Source: an uncultured bacterium (lineage in GTDB: Bacteria > Oederibacteriota > Oederibacteriia > Oederibacteriales > Oederibacteriaceae). From it: a stretch of DNA of 64,000 bases. Below, one piece after another: positions 17,616-27,019 of the stretch (position 1 is its first letter; the number at the start of each line of letters is the position of its first letter). The translations under genes were made by a program, and so were the position numbers. The stretch lies in NCBI GenBank assembly GCA_965112635.1, contig OZ218778.1, positions 1,888,001-1,952,000 on the forward strand, read 5' to 3'. Under the pieces are notes generated by a model. That model was given only the letters and a program-made list of their open reading frames with translations, was not told the DNA's origin and made no database searches.

Positions 17616-20600
17616 TTATCTTATAATGATCACTTTGGTTATTGTTCTGTAGTTCGCAGCAGGGGTGTCCGCCTCCACGGCTGCCAGATACAAACCAGCG
17701 GACATCTTCCCCACATTCCAAGGGATGGCCAGCGTCCCGGACCCCGCAGCGGTGAGGGTCATGATCAAGTTGCCTGCCACATTGTAAATATTGATCCTGA
17801 TGCTGGCTGCCTGATTGATATCCACCTTGAAATAAATGGTCTGCGACCCCATCTCCCGATAGGGATTGGGATACGCTTTGGCGTCAAACCCGGGGTTGGA
17901 GGAGGAGACCAGCACCGTGATGCTCTTGGAATAGGTCACGATCCTGCCATTGTAAACCTGGTCGGCCTTGAGGATGTATTCGCCGTTCTGCACCAGGTTC
18001 CCCAAGCTGTTAGTGCCGTCCCAAAGGATGCGGCCGGGGGCCAGAGTCCCGTTGCTGTCGGAGAGATAAAGGCCGTTATCCCCCAACGCGCCCACTCCAA
18101 CCGTCGTGTTCTGTCCGGGGCCGGTCAGCAATAAGTTATTGGTCAAGGATATGCCTTCCAGCTGGCCCGAAGTGCTATATCCCTGGTAGATCTCCTTCAC
18201 CAGCTCTCCGGAAGTCGTGTAAATGTCCACTTTTAGATGGTTGCCCAAGCTGGTCACTATCACGCTGTTCGTAAAGGTAGTGGCTTTGCCGAACTGCGTC
18301 ACTTGGGATTTCAGGATATAGTCTCCGGGCTGCACCATGGCTCCCAGATCGTTGGTCCCGTCCCAGGGGATTTGCCATTGGCCTTTTTTGGTGGTCAGGA
18401 GGATCTCCAGCGGCACTCCGGAATCCTCCATCAGGGAGCCCGACCCGCCCAGCGTAATGGTGAGGTCGCTCAAATCGCCGAAGATCGGAACCCATCCAAG
18501 GGTCTTGACCACCTCGCCGTTGGTCGCGTAGATCACCAGGTCCACATTGAGCACAGGCGGCGTTATCGTTGGCGTGCAGGAGCTGGTCAGGGTCTTGCTC
18601 GGGGTGACCGTATTGGTCCAGGTCAAAGTCTGGGTGGGCGAAAAGGGAGGAGTGGAGGTGTTGCTGGGCGTAGAAGTGCAGCTGGGCGTGGCAGTATTGC
18701 TGGCGGTCCCGGTATTGGTGAAGGTATAGGAAAAGGTCTTGGTCAAAGTGACGGTATTGGTCAAAGAAGAGGTAATGGTCAAAGAGGGGGTCTGGGTGCT
18801 GGAAGGGGTGTTGGTGATTGAGTAAGTGGGTGTGTAGGTGGTCGTGAGAGTGATGGTCTGGGTATTGCTTTGCGTTATCGTGGCCGAGCCTGTAGGGCTG
18901 GCGGTCAAGGTTGCTGTGACGGTGGACGTGTTGATGAAGGTGAAAGTCGCCGAAGCTGAGGGGCTGACGGTCAAGGTTGCCGTGGGGGTGGGAGTGTTGG
19001 TGGAGGTGTAAGTCGCCGAAGCTGAGGGACTGACGGTCAAAGTTGCTGTGGTCGTAAATGTATTGGTGGCCGTATAGGTTCCGGAGGCGGTAGGGCTGGC
19101 GGTAACCGTGTAGGTATTGGTGGACGTGAAGAGGTTCGTGTAGGTTGCCGTGAGGGATGGGCTGGAGGTCAGGGTAGCTGAACTGGTGGCTGTGTTAGTG
19201 GCCGTGTTGGTGCTGGTGGCAGACGGGCTGACGGTCATCGTGGTCGTGCTGGTGCCTGTAATGGTGGCCGTGCTGGTGTCGGTGGCAGAGGGGCTGACGG
19301 TCATCGTGGCCGTGCTGGTGGCCGTGTTGGTGGCCGTGCGGGTACTGGTGGCAGAGGGGCTGACGGTCATCGTGGCCGTGGCGGTGGCTGTAATGGTGGC
19401 CGTGCTGGTGCTGGTGGCAGAGGGGCTGACGGTCATCGTGGCCGTGGCGGTGGCCGAGTTGGTAGAGGTGCGTGTGCTGGAGGCTGTCGGGCTGACCGTG
19501 GCTGTTGCGCTGGACGTGGAAGTTGAAGTGATGGTGTTGGTAATGGTGGAAGTGCAGGTGCTGCTGCCGGTCGGACTAGCCGTGGCGGTGGTCGTAATCG
19601 TGGGTGTGCATGTTGAAGTGCTGGTAGATGTGGCCGTATCGGTCGCGGTTGAGGTGCTGGTGTTTGTCGGGGCGCAATAAAGAGCCACTTGCGCGTCATT
19701 GGATGTAGTAGCCACTAAACCCGTGCCCTGGAGAGTACCGGTATTGTCGAGAAGGCCGGGACAGGCGGTCGTGGTCACCATAGCGGCAAAACCAAAAGGC
19801 GGAACAGAGGGCAGGTAGTATTTCACCACCACTTCGCAACTATCCACCGCCGAAGCGTCGGCTGGGCCGCTGACCGTGTTGTAGTAGCTGACGCGCAGGT
19901 TGTTCAGGTCAGCCCAGGTCCAGTTCGTATCCGCGGTGGCATCATAATAGCCGTCATCGGTGTTTCCATCAAAAGTTTCGCGCATAATATCAGCGGGAGC
20001 TCCGAGAAAGCCGTTGTTGGTCCCATCCATGGAATAGTTGAAATACAAGGGGTTGACTAATCCGTCGCCACCGTTAACGCCCTGTATTGTGCTGTGGAAC
20101 ATAACTCCGGCGATCACATATTGGTTCTGGTTCACCACGCCGGAGGGGCCGATTTGGAACCATCCCGTGTTGCCTGGAGTGAGGGTCGCAAAATTGCCGT
20201 CAGGGGCCCCTATGGTATTACCGGGGTTGGTCCATCCTGGAGCGTTAATGACAGAGGAAATATACTGGTCAGCGTAGTTGAAGGTCACCGAACCTGAGAG
20301 CGTGAATGTCCAGGAGACCAGGTTGGTCACGGGGTTATAGGTTCCCCCGCCTGTCGCTGAAACAAAGGCCATGCCCGCCGGCACGGTGTCATAGACCGTG
20401 ACCGTGCTGGCATCTTCGTCAAAGGAACCCATGGTGAAGGTGTAATTGACCGTACCGCCGGTAGCGGAAACGGTCACATCAGAGGCTTTGCTCAGGTCAA
20501 TGTCAGAGCCTGGAAAGAAGAAATACTCCCTGTATAAATTCATATCACCGCAGTTATTATTAATAAGCCCCCATGCGCTTGGTCCGTTCCCCAGGTAGGG

Positions 20601-21179
20601 CACATAACTATAGGGAACATTAGGCGGAGCAGGCATTATATAATACATCCACTGTCCTATGCCTGGCGTATCGTCAATAGGTGTGCCCCAGGTTGAATCA
20701 TCAAAACCCGGCATCATCCAATTGGCAGGCGGAACCGCCAGCTGACCGGCGCAGCCGCCGGGTGGATTTGTGCAACCACAACCTCCGGGAACATACAAAA
20801 ATTTTACGTTGGCGTCAGGATTGCTATAAATGACCACTGTGGGGGCGTCTGAATAATGGACAGTCAAGCGAAAAGTCACGGTCTGCGGACCGGAAGTATT
20901 GGGCGGATTGTCAACAGCAATGAGGTTTGTTTGGTTGGGAAGGAAGTCGTGCAAGTCAAGAGTACCGTCCGCGGTGGAATAACTAGTGATTTGGTCAAAG
21001 TTCCAACCAGTTGTCCCGCCATGAATTCCGTTAATGTAAAAATCTGCGTGGTCGTCTCCGGCTATTTCCAGGTCAGCTGAAACAATGTAGGCAATTGTTT
21101 GGCGGGGAACAAACAGTGATAGCAAACATAGAAAAATAATTTTCTTAAAAAATCTTTCTAGTACCTTTTGTTTAAGCAT
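17616..21179 (-). CDS. Large secreted protein: jelly-roll-like head, split DUF11, ~370-aa Thr stalk, two FlgD-Ig-like domains, C-terminal sorting-like domain
   Basis: Signal peptide; GDDHADFYING..PGFDDSTW head shared with 52141 and 54193; YPNPY...KVIIIR. Confidence 0.85.
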   Translation of the reverse strand: MLKQKVLERFFKKIIFLCLLSLFVPRQTIAYIVSADLEIAGDDHADFYINGIHGGTTGWNFDQITSYSTADGTLDLHDFLPNQTNLIAVDNPPNTSGPQTVTFRLTVHYSDAPTVVIYSNPDANVKFLYVPGGCGCTNPPGGCAGQLAVPPANWMMPGFDDSTWGTPIDDTPGIGQWMYYIMPAPPNVPYSYVPYLGNGPSAWGLINNNCGDMNLYREYFFFPGSDIDLSKASDVTVSATGGTVNYTFTMGSFDEDASTVTVYDTVPAGMAFVSATGGGTYNPVTNLVSWTFTLSGSVTFNYADQYISSVINAPGWTNPGNTIGAPDGNFATLTPGNTGWFQIGPSGVVNQNQYVIAGVMFHSTIQGVNGGDGLVNPLYFNYSMDGTNNGFLGAPADIMRETFDGNTDDGYYDATADTNWTWADLNNLRVSYYNTVSGPADASAVDSCEVVVKYYLPSVPPFGFAAMVTTTACPGLLDNTGTLQGTGLVATTSNDAQVALYCAPTNTSTSTATDTATSTSTSTCTPTITTTATASPTGSSTCTSTITNTITSTSTSSATATVSPTASSTRTSTNSATATATMTVSPSATSTSTATITATATATMTVSPSATSTRTATNTATSTATMTVSPSATDTSTATITGTSTTTMTVSPSATSTNTATNTATSSATLTSSPSLTATYTNLFTSTNTYTVTASPTASGTYTATNTFTTTATLTVSPSASATYTSTNTPTPTATLTVSPSASATFTFINTSTVTATLTASPTGSATITQSNTQTITLTTTYTPTYSITNTPSSTQTPSLTITSSLTNTVTLTKTFSYTFTNTGTASNTATPSCTSTPSNTSTPPFSPTQTLTWTNTVTPSKTLTSSCTPTITPPVLNVDLVIYATNGEVVKTLGWVPIFGDLSDLTITLGGSGSLMEDSGVPLEILLTTKKGQWQIPWDGTNDLGAMVQPGDYILKSQVTQFGKATTFTNSVIVTSLGNHLKVDIYTTSGELVKEIYQGYSTSGQLEGISLTNNLLLTGPGQNTTVGVGALGDNGLYLSDSNGTLAPGRILWDGTNSLGNLVQNGEYILKADQVYNGRIVTYSKSITVLVSSSNPGFDAKAYPNPYREMGSQTIYFKVDINQAASIRINIYNVAGNLIMTLTAAGSGTLAIPWNVGKMSAGLYLAAVEADTPAANYRTITKVIIIR
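19200..19480 (-). repeat. Intragenic 66-bp tandem repeat (22 aa, ...TMTVSPSAT...)
   Basis: GTGGCAGA(G/C)GGGCTGACGGTCATCGTGG on the + strand at 19216, 19282, 19348 and 19414. Confidence 0.9.
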
Positions 21180-21237
21180 ATTTAATACCTATTGTCTTCT
21201 CACTAAATTTTTATTACAAAATCTCCCTTATATCAGA

Positions 21238-21268
21238 CAATTATAGACATTAAATGTTCCTGTCACAA
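21238..21268 (-). promoter_or_regulatory. Promoter TTGTGA-N17-TATAATTG upstream of the 21179 gene
   Basis: TCACAA at 21263-68 and ATTATA at 21240-45 on the + strand; matches 52038 and 62299. Confidence 0.7.
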
Positions 21269-21369
21269 CACGGCGTATCTGATCTAATTTTGAATAATGA
21301 TTGTAATTGAAGTATTTAGGTGTATTCAATGGAGTTACGCCCGAGCCCGGACAGGGAAAGAGGGTTGTC

Positions 21370-22551
21370 TTAATGCCTAAAATGCTGTTCTTTCAAGCTG
21401 GCCCAGCCAACAATCTCGTCGCCGTATTTTTTGCGTAGTTGGTCCATGGCGGCTAAAAGTTTGTTTTTTGGGGCGGATTTTTCCTGGAACAGGTCCATCT
21501 GCCGGAGTTGCTGACTGGGATCCAGGCCGTGGACGGCGACCCCAACCAGCCTTAAAAGCCTATTATTTAATCCTTGCCTGTTATAAATTTCCAAGGCCTT
21601 TTTATAAAAGATCTGGGGATCTGAAGTGGGGCCGGCTAATTTAGCCTGACGAGTGATGGTTTTAAAGTCGGGAAAGCGCAGGGTCAAGGTCAGGGAGCCG
21701 GCGGCCAAGCCTGCTTCCCGGACCCTGCGGGCCACCTGCTCAGAAAGGAGCAGGAAAACTTTTTTGAGGAAATCCGGGTCTCGGGTATCTTTTTCAAAGG
21801 TCAGGCAGTGGCTGATGGACTGGGGGCCGGACTCGCCCCTTTTCTGCCACCAGCCCCCTTCCGCATAACCCTGGGCTGTCCTAATGAGGGAACGGCTGAC
21901 CACTCCAAAATCTTTTTGCAACCGGGGGAGGGGAGTTTTGGCCAGGTCTCCGATGGTCATGATGCCCAGGCGGTTCAAATGGTCTCTCATCTTGGGGCCG
22001 ACCCCTATCAGGTTGTCCACTGGAAGGGGAGCAAAAGCCTTCCTTGCCTCTTGCTCGGTGGCGAACATGGTCAGTCCGCGGGGTTTTTTGAACCCCGAGG
22101 CCATCTTGGCTATCAAGGGGTTTGGTCCCAGGCCCAAGGAACAGGTGAGGTGAAAATTCTGTTCCACAGCCTCCTGTATTTTTTGGGCATGCTCCAGGGG
22201 CGGCCCGAAAATATGGCTGCAGCCGGTCAGGTCCAGATACGCTTCGTCAATGGAGGCCTGGTCCACGACCGGGCTGAAGCGGTTCAAAAATTCAAAGATC
22301 TCACGGGAGACGCGGCTATAGACACCATGGCGGCCTGGCAGAAAGATGGCGTGAGGGCAGAGTTGTTTTGCTTGGGCCGTGGGCATGCCTGAGTGGATGC
22401 CAAAAGGCCTGGCTTCATAGGAGGCCGCCGCCACGACAGAACGGGCTCCGGTTCCCACGATGACGGCCTTGCCTTTGAGCCTGGGATTGTCCCGTTGCTC
22501 CACCGAAGCGAAAAACGCGTCCATATCAAGGCATGCGCAGACTTTATCCAT
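21370..22551 (-). CDS. dinB: DNA polymerase IV (Y family)
   Basis: DMDAFFASVEQ, AASYEAR.FGI.SGMP, SIDEAYLD, AKMAS..KKP.G, GVG; C-terminal QMDLF clamp-binding motif. Confidence 0.95.
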   Translation of the reverse strand: MDKVCACLDMDAFFASVEQRDNPRLKGKAVIVGTGARSVVAAASYEARPFGIHSGMPTAQAKQLCPHAIFLPGRHGVYSRVSREIFEFLNRFSPVVDQASIDEAYLDLTGCSHIFGPPLEHAQKIQEAVEQNFHLTCSLGLGPNPLIAKMASGFKKPRGLTMFATEQEARKAFAPLPVDNLIGVGPKMRDHLNRLGIMTIGDLAKTPLPRLQKDFGVVSRSLIRTAQGYAEGGWWQKRGESGPQSISHCLTFEKDTRDPDFLKKVFLLLSEQVARRVREAGLAAGSLTLTLRFPDFKTITRQAKLAGPTSDPQIFYKKALEIYNRQGLNNRLLRLVGVAVHGLDPSQQLRQMDLFQEKSAPKNKLLAAMDQLRKKYGDEIVGWASLKEQHFRH

Positions 22552-22677
22552 AACCACTTGCTCTCCAACTTCTGCCCAGTGACAGGCAGAGTTTTCTTGC
22601 CAGCATGAATTAACCCTAGCATGAATGAGGTATAATGTTAAATTGCTTGATTAAAAAATTCTTTCAGGGAGATTTGT

Positions 22678-23664
22678 TTGCTGCATTATATCGTCAAGCG
22701 ATTGCTGTTGAGCATCCCCATTTTGATCGGGATAACCATCATTACTTTCGTGGTCATGCATCTGGCGCCAGGCAGCCCGGTCTCCGTGCAGATCCAGATG
22801 AATGCCAAGGTTTCCGCAGACACTCAGGAGCGGCTCAAGGCGCTCTACGGATTGGATAAACCTCTGGTTGTCCAGTACGGGTTATGGATCAAAAGGCTGG
22901 CCACCGGCGATTTGGGCGAGTCGTTCATAGATATGAGGTCGGTCACCGATAAAATATTAGAAAGACTGCCGGCCACCCTGGAGCTGGAATTGCTCTCTTT
23001 ATTACTGATCTTTCTTGTGGCCGTGCCCTTGGGCGTATTTTCGGCCAGCCACCCTAAGTCTCTCTACGACAAGATTTTTACCCTCGGGTCTTTTGCCGGT
23101 TTTTCTATCCCAACATTTTGGCTGGCCCTGCTGCTCATGCTTTTCTTCGGGGTTTACCTCAACTGGCTGCCAATATCCGGGATGAGGTCGCTCAACGCGG
23201 AATATATGCCTTTTTTACCCAGGCTGACCGACCATCTACAGCACCTGGTCCTGCCTTTATTTGTCTCAGTTTTTGGGGGATTTGCCGCCATCTCCCGTTT
23301 TACCCGCTCCAGCATGCTGGAGGTTCTGCGCCAAGATTATATCCGCACGGCCCGGGCCAAAGGTTTGCCGGAATCCCAGGTCCTTTATAAACACGCTTTA
23401 AGGAACGCGCTCCTGCCGATCATCACCATCGTAGGCTTGTCCATCCCGGGATTAATAAGCGGAGGGTTCATCTTTGAAACCATCTTTGCCTGGCCCGGCA
23501 TGGGCAGATTGGCCTATGACGCCACCATGAGCTATGACTACCCGGTGGTCATGGGGACGGCGACCGTCGCTGCCCTCTTAACCCTTCTGGGAAATTTGCT
23601 GGCCGATGTTCTTTATGCGCTGGCTGATCCCCGCATCAGATACGGAGGGCCGACGAACCCATGA
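22678..23664 (+). CDS. Peptide/nickel ABC transporter permease (DppB/OppB-like)
   Basis: YIVKRLL, GLDKPL..QY, RLPATLEL, DYIRTARAKGL, HALRNAL. Confidence 0.95.
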   Translation: MLHYIVKRLLLSIPILIGITIITFVVMHLAPGSPVSVQIQMNAKVSADTQERLKALYGLDKPLVVQYGLWIKRLATGDLGESFIDMRSVTDKILERLPATLELELLSLLLIFLVAVPLGVFSASHPKSLYDKIFTLGSFAGFSIPTFWLALLLMLFFGVYLNWLPISGMRSLNAEYMPFLPRLTDHLQHLVLPLFVSVFGGFAAISRFTRSSMLEVLRQDYIRTARAKGLPESQVLYKHALRNALLPIITIVGLSIPGLISGGFIFETIFAWPGMGRLAYDATMSYDYPVVMGTATVAALLTLLGNLLADVLYALADPRIRYGGPTNP

Positions 23665-24494
23665 AACGCTCCTGGATGCTGTCTTTAAAAAAACATCATC
23701 TGGCCATGGCTGGACTGGTCCTGATCGTGTGCCTTTACCTGCTGGCCTTGTTGGCCCCTTTATTATCGTCCTACAATCCGGCTGACCAGGATTTGAACCA
23801 CAGGCTGGAGCCGCCCTCCTGGGCGCATCTATGCGGGACCGATGACTTGGGACGGGATGTTTTCAGCAGGATGGTGTGGGGAGCGAGGGTTTCTCTGACC
23901 GTGGGGCTATTGGCCATAGCCATCTCCACGCTCGTGGGGCTGACTGTGGGGACATGCGCGGCTGCGTTCGGAGGATGGGTAGACCAGGTGCTGATGCGGT
24001 TCGTGGATGTGGTCATTTGTTTTCCCACTTTGTTCCTGATCCTCATCCTGATCGTGTTCCTGGGCCCCTCCCTGACCACGGTCATGATCGTCATAGGACT
24101 GACCAGCTGGACGGACATGGCCAGGCTTGTCCGGGCGGAAATTTTGAGCCTCAAGCAGCGGGATTTTGTCATGGCCAGCCGGTCGCTGGGCGCTTCCATG
24201 CCCAGGCTGATGTTCAGGCATTTGCTGCCCAACGCTCTGGCGCCGGTGTTCGTTTCCGTGACTTTCGGGGTAGCCGGGGCCATCCTCATGGAGTCAGGGC
24301 TGAGCTTTCTCGGTCTGGGTGTGCAGCCGCCCACCGCGAGCTGGGGCAATATCCTGACCACGGGCAAAGATTATCTGCAGACTGCCTGGTGGCTGACGGT
24401 TTTCCCTGGACTGGCCATTTATATCACGGTACTTTCATTTAATTTGTTGGGTGACGGTCTTAGGGATATTATTGACCCGAGACTGAAACAATAG
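23661..24494 (+). CDS. Peptide ABC transporter permease (DppC/OppC-like)
   Basis: H.CGTDDLGRDV.SR, RHLLPN, LSFLGLGVQPP.ASWG, FNLLGDGLRD. Confidence 0.95.
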   Translation: MKRSWMLSLKKHHLAMAGLVLIVCLYLLALLAPLLSSYNPADQDLNHRLEPPSWAHLCGTDDLGRDVFSRMVWGARVSLTVGLLAIAISTLVGLTVGTCAAAFGGWVDQVLMRFVDVVICFPTLFLILILIVFLGPSLTTVMIVIGLTSWTDMARLVRAEILSLKQRDFVMASRSLGASMPRLMFRHLLPNALAPVFVSVTFGVAGAILMESGLSFLGLGVQPPTASWGNILTTGKDYLQTAWWLTVFPGLAIYITVLSFNLLGDGLRDIIDPRLKQ

Positions 24495-24502
24495 GAGAGG
24501 GC

Positions 24503-24952
24503 GTGAAGCTGAAAAAGATAAAAGAAACCTGGCGTGAATTCTCGGAAAAGATCAGGACTTTGGAAGAAAAGCCGGAAAAGATAGCCCGGGCCGCGGCTAT
24601 CGGCGCTTTGCTGGGGAGCTCTCCCACCTTCGGTTTCGCGGTCCTTCTTGTCTATCCTGTGGCCAAGTTTTTTAAGCTCAATGTCTGGGTCGCTTACACG
24701 GTCAAGTTCATGGTTTCCAACCCATGGACCACGCCTTTTATCTGGGTGGGTCAATTCTGGCTGGGATTTTGGGCGCTGGGACTGCCTTTTCCCAGTCAAT
24801 TGCCCCATGTCAGTCTTCATGAGCTCAGCTTTGTGTTCTGGGTCTATGTTTTGGGTGCCACTATTTTTGGGGTCCTTGCCGGCCTGACGATATACTGTTC
24901 TGTTTATGTCCTCCTAAAGCTGCAGTCTGCCAAAAAAGGACGGGCCTCTTGA
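24503..24952 (+). CDS. DUF2062-family membrane protein
   Basis: PEKIARAAAIG...P.FG and SNPWT.PFI. Confidence 0.75.
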   Translation: MKLKKIKETWREFSEKIRTLEEKPEKIARAAAIGALLGSSPTFGFAVLLVYPVAKFFKLNVWVAYTVKFMVSNPWTTPFIWVGQFWLGFWALGLPFPSQLPHVSLHELSFVFWVYVLGATIFGVLAGLTIYCSVYVLLKLQSAKKGRAS

Positions 24953-25941
24953 AGGATTCCCTCCTGCAGATAGAGAATTTAAAGACCTCTTTTACCACCC
25001 CGTGGGGAGAAGCCAAGGCCGTGGACGGGGTATTTTTGGGCATGGAGCAGGGGAAGACGCTGGGCCTGGTCGGCGAGTCCGGCTGCGGTAAAAGCGTGCT
25101 GGCTCTGTCTCTCCTCAGGCTGGTGGCTGAGCCGGCGGGCCGCATCGTTTCCGGAAAAATATTATGGAAGGGAAGGGACCTGACCACTTTAAGCGAAGCG
25201 GAAATGCGGCAGGTCAGGGGCAAGGAGATCGCCATGATCTTCCAGGAGCCTCTGACCTCGCTCAATCCGGTTTTTACCATCGGCTACCAGATCAGCGAAG
25301 CGGTAGAGCTGCACCAGGGGCTGGCCAAGGAAAAGGCCTGGGAAAAAGTGCGGCAGGTCCTGAGAAAAGTGGGATTGTCCGACCCGGAACGCCAGGCCCG
25401 CAGTTACCCGCATGAGCTCAGCGGCGGCATGAGGCAAAGGGCCATGATCGCCATGGCCCTGTCCTGCGAACCGGAGCTGCTCATCGCGGACGAGCCGACT
25501 ACGGCGCTGGACGTGACGATCCAGGCCCAGATCCTGGAGCTTTTAAAGTCCCTCCAGCAGGAGCTCAGGCTGACCCTTTTGCTGATCACCCATGACCTGG
25601 GCATCGTGGCCCAGTGCGCGGACGAGATCGCCGTGATGTATTGCGGCAAGATCACGGAGTATGCGTCCACCCAGGACCTTTTTAAACGGCCGAGCCATCC
25701 TTACACCAGGGGGCTACTGCAGTCCTTGCCGGCCATGGAACATCTGCACCACCGGTTGACCTCGATCCCGGGAGCGGTGCCGCCGGCCTGGCAAAAGCCG
25801 GCAGGCTGCACCTTCCATCCGCGCTGTTCTTTGGCCAAGGAGCGCTGCCGGACGGAGGAGCCGAAAATGGTGAGCGTCCAGCCCGGACACCAGGCCCGTT
25901 GTTTTTTTGCCAAAGAGATCGCGGCACTTACGAAAAATTAA
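24949..25941 (+). CDS. Peptide ABC transporter ATP-binding protein (DppD/OppD-like)
   Basis: [39 protein letters not shown]. Confidence 0.95.
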   Translation: MKDSLLQIENLKTSFTTPWGEAKAVDGVFLGMEQGKTLGLVGESGCGKSVLALSLLRLVAEPAGRIVSGKILWKGRDLTTLSEAEMRQVRGKEIAMIFQEPLTSLNPVFTIGYQISEAVELHQGLAKEKAWEKVRQVLRKVGLSDPERQARSYPHELSGGMRQRAMIAMALSCEPELLIADEPTTALDVTIQAQILELLKSLQQELRLTLLLITHDLGIVAQCADEIAVMYCGKITEYASTQDLFKRPSHPYTRGLLQSLPAMEHLHHRLTSIPGAVPPAWQKPAGCTFHPRCSLAKERCRTEEPKMVSVQPGHQARCFFAKEIAALTKN

Positions 25942-26020
25942 AAGCCTCGCAACTCCCTGTGGATTTGCGAGGTAGCAGGCTGCTAAAGGACTGCTATTAG
26001 AATTTCTAATCAGCCTGCTA
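25941..26020. repeat. Dispersed ~80-bp double-hairpin element, copy 2
   Basis: CCTCGC...GCGAGG followed by TAGCAGGCTG...CAGCCTGCTA; homologous to 9391-9471. Confidence 0.8.
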
Positions 26021-26030
26021 AGGGAGGGGT

Positions 26031-26990
26031 ATGGCGTTTTTAGAACTCAAAGAAGTTAAAAAAGAGTTCCTGGTCAGGGAGGGTTTTTTCAGCACCGAGG
26101 CCAAACGGCTAAGGGCCGTGGACGGGGTGAACCTCAGGCTGGACCAGGGCGAGACGCTGGGCCTGGTCGGCGAGTCCGGGTGCGGCAAGACCACGACGGG
26201 CCGGATCATTTGCAGGCTGCTGGAAAAGACCAGCGGACAGGTCCTTTTCAACGGCGAAGAGATATTCTCCCTTTCCGACGAGAGGATGACCAGCCTGCGC
26301 AAAGACATCCAGATGATTTTCCAGGACCCGCTGGCTTCCCTGGATCCCAGGATGCGGGTGGGGGATTCCATCAGCGAAGGGCTGGTGATCCACCGCATGG
26401 GAACGGCCGAAGCCCGGAAAAAAAGGACCAGGGACCTTCTCCGGATGATGGGACTGGACAGCCAGGACTACGACCGGTTCCCTCATGAGTTCAGCGGAGG
26501 CCAGCGCCAGAGAGTGGGGATAGCCCGGGCGTTAGCCACCCAACCGCGCCTGCTGGTCGCGGACGAACCTATCTCGGCTCTCGATGTTTCCATTCAGGCT
26601 CAGATCCTCAATCTGCTGGGGGATCTGCAAAAAGAGCTTGGTTTTAGCATGATTTTTATTGCCCACGACCTGCGGGTCGTGGCCCATTTGAGCCAACGCA
26701 TCAGCGTCATGTATACTGGTAAGGTCATTGAACTGGCCGAGAGCGAGGATCTGGTCACGGAACCTTTGCATCCTTACAGCCAGGCTTTGTTGTCCGCTAT
26801 ACCCTGGCCGGAACCTGAGCAGCGCCGCAAAAGGGAAGTGCTCGAGGGAGAGCCTCCGAGTCCGCTGGCGATACCTGCGGGATGTCCTTTTCACCCACGG
26901 TGCCGTTTTAGGATGGCCAAATGCGTGGAGCAGGTGCCGCCTTTTGCAGAAGCAAGACCTGGACGCTGGACAGCCTGCTGGTTATACTGA
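26031..26990 (+). CDS. Peptide ABC transporter ATP-binding protein (DppF/OppF-like)
   Basis: [43 protein letters not shown]. Confidence 0.95.
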   Translation: MAFLELKEVKKEFLVREGFFSTEAKRLRAVDGVNLRLDQGETLGLVGESGCGKTTTGRIICRLLEKTSGQVLFNGEEIFSLSDERMTSLRKDIQMIFQDPLASLDPRMRVGDSISEGLVIHRMGTAEARKKRTRDLLRMMGLDSQDYDRFPHEFSGGQRQRVGIARALATQPRLLVADEPISALDVSIQAQILNLLGDLQKELGFSMIFIAHDLRVVAHLSQRISVMYTGKVIELAESEDLVTEPLHPYSQALLSAIPWPEPEQRRKREVLEGEPPSPLAIPAGCPFHPRCRFRMAKCVEQVPPFAEARPGRWTACWLY

Positions 26991-27019
26991 GCTAATTATT
27001 TTAGGAAAGGGGAAGCCTT

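Noticed and set aside
19200-19480. Regular 66-bp spacing suggestive of a CRISPR array
   Set aside because: In-frame coding repeat; the intervening sequences resemble each other and there are no cas genes.
19150-19680. Val/Ala-rich ORFs antisense to the stalks (also 53466-53852, 58635-59084, 60822-61010)
   Set aside because: ACN Thr codons read as Val-rich, stop-poor frames on the opposite strand; these are shadows.
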